Below are positions 61,999 through 64,000 of a stretch of DNA of 64,000 nucleotides, in pieces. The stretch covers positions 1-64,000 of the IMG/VR virus record IMGVR_UViG_3300021964_000012. One strand, 5' to 3'. This DNA is from a virus. How positions within the stretch are numbered: the stretch's first letter is position 1; every line of letters begins with the position of its first letter. The translations under genes were made by a program, and so were the position numbers. A model generated the notes under the pieces. The model was not told the origin of the DNA. It was given only the letters and a program-made list of their open reading frames with translations, and ran no database searches.

Positions 61999-63066
61999 TT
62001 AATCGTTATTTGGATAAACTCTTTCTAAGAGTTTTGAATAAGCATTTGCAATAGTTTTTTCATTTATAGCAGGTCCTATTGTTTTATTATCAATTATACA
62101 TGTCCATACGTATGCTAGATAATTCAGTACAATTGAAGGATTTTGTCCGTACCCAATATCATATGGTAAAGCATTATGTGTGCCAACAGGATTATAAACA
62201 TTTGCCTCACATAAACGATCAACTTCTTTACCACTGAAAGTTGTAATATCATAATCTTTAAGTTGGAAGTTTGCCAGTTCTTCTACAATTGCAATCCAGC
62301 GATCAGAACAATCCATGGCCTTTCCTGCTAACATTGCTATACCAGAGCATACCTGCACATGAAAGTGTCCGCGTCCAGGTGCATCTAGTTTATCCATATA
62401 AGATAATTCATCTGCAACCATTGCAACTTGATCAAATATATCATGGACTCCTGGTGTCTGAAAGTAACTTTTGCCTCCATAAGGAGCAGAAACATTAAGT
62501 GCACCACCTATTTGTCCTTTTTTAACTTTGAAGTTAGTAAAACGATTTAACAGGTTATTGGCACGAAATGCACTTGTGATCTTATCTGCTTTGGTTTCAA
62601 CTGCATCCATACTATCAATAATACCATATAATTTACATGCTTCGTATGCATCATCTACTTCGTATACTCTAACTGATACTTGTTCTGGTATAGGAAGTGT
62701 TTTGACATTGTTATTAACCACTTGATTTTCAATGTAGTGTTTCTTCCATGCATATTGTCTAGTATTACCGTCTAGTACATATGTTGTATCTTTTCTAAAA
62801 AATGCTGGCTTACTTGTGGTTTCACCGGTATAATGAAGTAGGTCAACTTCAGCATGTTTATACATTGGAGTTACAAAACGTGTGGCGGCCCTTTTGGCAC
62901 GACGTTCAACGTCTCGGTTAGCTGGAAATGTTGGAATTTTTAAAAAATCATCAAGTTTCATAATACTAGCAAGGTCTTTAGACATTGGAAACTTTTTTAT
63001 TTCATAAGTTTTTTCTTCGTTAACGTCAAATAGGTCGTTAGTGACCAGCTCTAGATTTTTGTTCAT
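61999..63066 (-). CDS. hypothetical protein, possible ParB/DGQHR-like domain
   Basis: The track start 63090 is TTG. ATG 63066 has AAGGAA 6 nt upstream (355 aa). FPANRDVERRAKRAA...YVLDGNTRQYAW loosely resembles ParB/DndB-type motifs. Confidence 0.55.
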   Translation of the reverse strand: MNKNLELVTNDLFDVNEEKTYEIKKFPMSKDLASIMKLDDFLKIPTFPANRDVERRAKRAATRFVTPMYKHAEVDLLHYTGETTSKPAFFRKDTTYVLDGNTRQYAWKKHYIENQVVNNNVKTLPIPEQVSVRVYEVDDAYEACKLYGIIDSMDAVETKADKITSAFRANNLLNRFTNFKVKKGQIGGALNVSAPYGGKSYFQTPGVHDIFDQVAMVADELSYMDKLDAPGRGHFHVQVCSGIAMLAGKAMDCSDRWIAIVEELANFQLKDYDITTFSGKEVDRLCEANVYNPVGTHNALPYDIGYGQNPSIVLNYLAYVWTCIIDNKTIGPAINEKTIANAYSKLLERVYPNND

Positions 63067-63154
63067 AGTTTTTTCCTTGTTCTCAAACAATGTTAATGTA
63101 TCGTTAACCGCAGTTAACTTACACTTTAGTTATTCAACCAAGATTGTCTTGGTT

Positions 63155-63179
63155 AAAATTCTATACACAACGTATAGAA
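63155..63179 (-). terminator. intrinsic terminator downstream of the tRNA pair
   Basis: Minus strand reads UUCUAUAC-GUUGU-GUAUAGAA (8-bp stem) followed by UUUU. A second hairpin AACCAAG-ACAAU-CUUGGUU follows (63136-63154). Confidence 0.6.
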
Positions 63180-63183
63180 TACT

Positions 63184-63257
63184 TGGCAGAGGACCAAGGA
63201 GTCGAACCCTGGCTTAGTGGGTTGGAGCCACTCGTGCTACCGTAACACTTGTCCTCT
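63184..63257 (-). tRNA. trnW: tRNA-Trp (anticodon CCA), CCA end encoded
   Basis: Hand-folded. Acceptor AGAGGAC/GUCCUCU, D arm GUGU-UACGGUA-GCAC, anticodon arm AGUGG-CUCCAAC-CCACU, T arm CAGGG-UUCGACU-CCUUG, then G plus CCA. Confidence 0.8.
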
Positions 63258-63263
63258 ATAATT

Positions 63264-63340
<77 letters not shown>

Positions 63341-63348
63341 GTAATTCT

Positions 63349-63432
63349 TTATACGTTTATCGCAACGTACACTAATAATGCAAAAATTCCAATGTTAATT
63401 AACATATTCACATAATGTGGATTTGGTGCCAT
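63349..63432 (-). CDS. small hydrophobic peptide (27 aa) between promoter and tRNAs, hypothetical
   Basis: MAPNPHYVNMLINIGIFALLVYVAINV. AGGAG lies 6 nt upstream. Below the ORF-track cutoff. Confidence 0.3.
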   Translation of the reverse strand: MAPNPHYVNMLINIGIFALLVYVAINV

Positions 63433-63454
63433 TGTATTCTCCTAATAAAAATAC

Positions 63455-63482
63455 ATTATAGCATCTTTAGAATAAAAGTCAA
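63455..63482 (-). promoter_or_regulatory. sigma70-type promoter for the small ORF / tRNA-Arg / tRNA-Trp unit
   Basis: Minus strand reads GGTTGACT, N16, TATAAT, with AGGAG before the ATG at 63432. Confidence 0.55.
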
Positions 63483-63571
63483 CCAAAATATATATTATAA
63501 AGTATGCCTATTGTGACTGCACATATCACACAGTTCAACAGATGAAGTGCAATGTAATCTTGTGGCTTCAT
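63479..63571 (-). CDS. small hydrophobic peptide (30 aa), hypothetical
   Basis: MKPQDYIALHLLNCVICAVTIGILYNIYFG. ATGA overlap with the upstream stop. Its own stop lies inside the GGTTGAC -35 box. Confidence 0.3.
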   Translation of the reverse strand: MKPQDYIALHLLNCVICAVTIGILYNIYFG

Positions 63572-63756
63572 AAACGTTCTCCAAGATTAGGAGTATCTTC
63601 AATACAAACATAGCCAACACCAGGCTTGGCTTTTATCTCTGCTTGAAGTGCATCCGCATAACACTCCTCCAAAGTGATATAATAATTAAGTGTTTTTCCT
63701 TCAACATTTCCTTGCAAAGAAATATACACCATTGTCAAAATGTATCCTAGTATCAT
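63568..63756 (-). CDS. hypothetical protein
   Basis: 62 aa, ATG start, ATGA-coupled on both sides. Confidence 0.5.
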   Translation of the reverse strand: MILGYILTMVYISLQGNVEGKTLNYYITLEECYADALQAEIKAKPGVGYVCIEDTPNLGERL

Positions 63757-63890
63757 TTTCTATATGTCCCATCTCTGTTGAAAAATAATGCATTGAATGC
63801 ACAATAGTATATGCTGGCAAAACGTCCATACACAGGTGCTTGTTGTTTGTACCACCAAATAAAATCTTCACAAAATGTTTTATAATGCAT
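63753..63890 (-). CDS. small hypothetical protein (45 aa)
   Basis: MHYKTFCEDFIWWYKQQAPVYGRFASIYYCAFNALFFNRDGTYRK. TAATG junction upstream and ATGA downstream. Below the ORF-track cutoff. Confidence 0.35.
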   Translation of the reverse strand: MHYKTFCEDFIWWYKQQAPVYGRFASIYYCAFNALFFNRDGTYRK

Positions 63891-64000
63891 TAGCCAAGTA
63901 TTGTTTTTTGTTCTTTAAGATTTTTTTGCAACTTTTCTTTAAAAAGTTGATTTCTAAAATTTGGTGTGATTGTAAGCAGAGCTTGTTTTAAATTAGGTTC
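63890..64000 (-). CDS. 3' end of a hypothetical gene (5' part outside the window)
   Basis: Open frame from the window edge, ...EPNLKQALLTITPNFRNQLFKEKLQKNLKEQKTILG, ending at TAA 63890-63892, which overlaps the next ATG. Confidence 0.35.
   Translation of the reverse strand, partial: EPNLKQALLTITPNFRNQLFKEKLQKNLKEQKTILG

Overview
This window is an AT-rich, very gene-dense piece of a large tailed-phage genome. It resembles a T4-like marine myovirus, but I cannot name the phage from sequence alone.

Layout:
- 1-21.8 kb (+): virion module. It has a gp25-like and a Baseplate_J/gp6-like baseplate gene, a 4490-aa virion protein with FG-GAP-like repeats, and tail-fibre-like genes. ATAAATAC late-type promoter motifs sit upstream of two structural genes.
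- 22.1-48.3 kb: a tightly packed biosynthetic island.
- 48.2-55.8 kb (-): thyX, a VWA/HExxH protein, an Smr protein, a CobS-like AAA+ ATPase and many small unknown genes.
- 55.9-60.5 kb (-): secreted, membrane and outer-membrane-type proteins with their own GGTTGACA sigma70-type promoters. This block also holds an RNA polymerase omega-like gene and a GC-rich leader that looks like a cobalamin riboswitch.
- 60.9-64 kb (-): a sixth radical SAM gene, tRNA-Thr(UGU), a ParB-like gene, tRNA-Trp(CCA), tRNA-Arg(ACG) and small ORFs.

The island is the main candidate for a new system. It combines:
- about 8 glycosyltransferase-like genes from three paralogous families;
- 2 SDR epimerase/dehydratases;
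- a DegT-type aminotransferase, a StrB1/AGAT-type amidinotransferase, a NodU/CmcH carbamoyltransferase, an FkbM methyltransferase, an SGNH esterase and a cupin-like protein;
- five paralogous radical SAM enzymes whose SPASM/twitch-like cysteine motif lies N-terminal to the CxxxCxxC core;
- MetK, an MTA/SAH (5'-deoxyadenosine) nucleosidase and a DUF59 Fe-S factor.

I read it as a glycan, aminosugar or aminocyclitol tailoring pathway that carries its own radical-SAM support. Its product and target cannot be read from sequence.

All calls come from reading the ORF translations and the DNA by eye. No searches or folding programs were run. Several ORF-track starts are TTG/GTG codons, and I moved them to nearby ATG or coupled starts where the sequence supports it. 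No CRISPR array, rRNA, integrase or transposase was seen.
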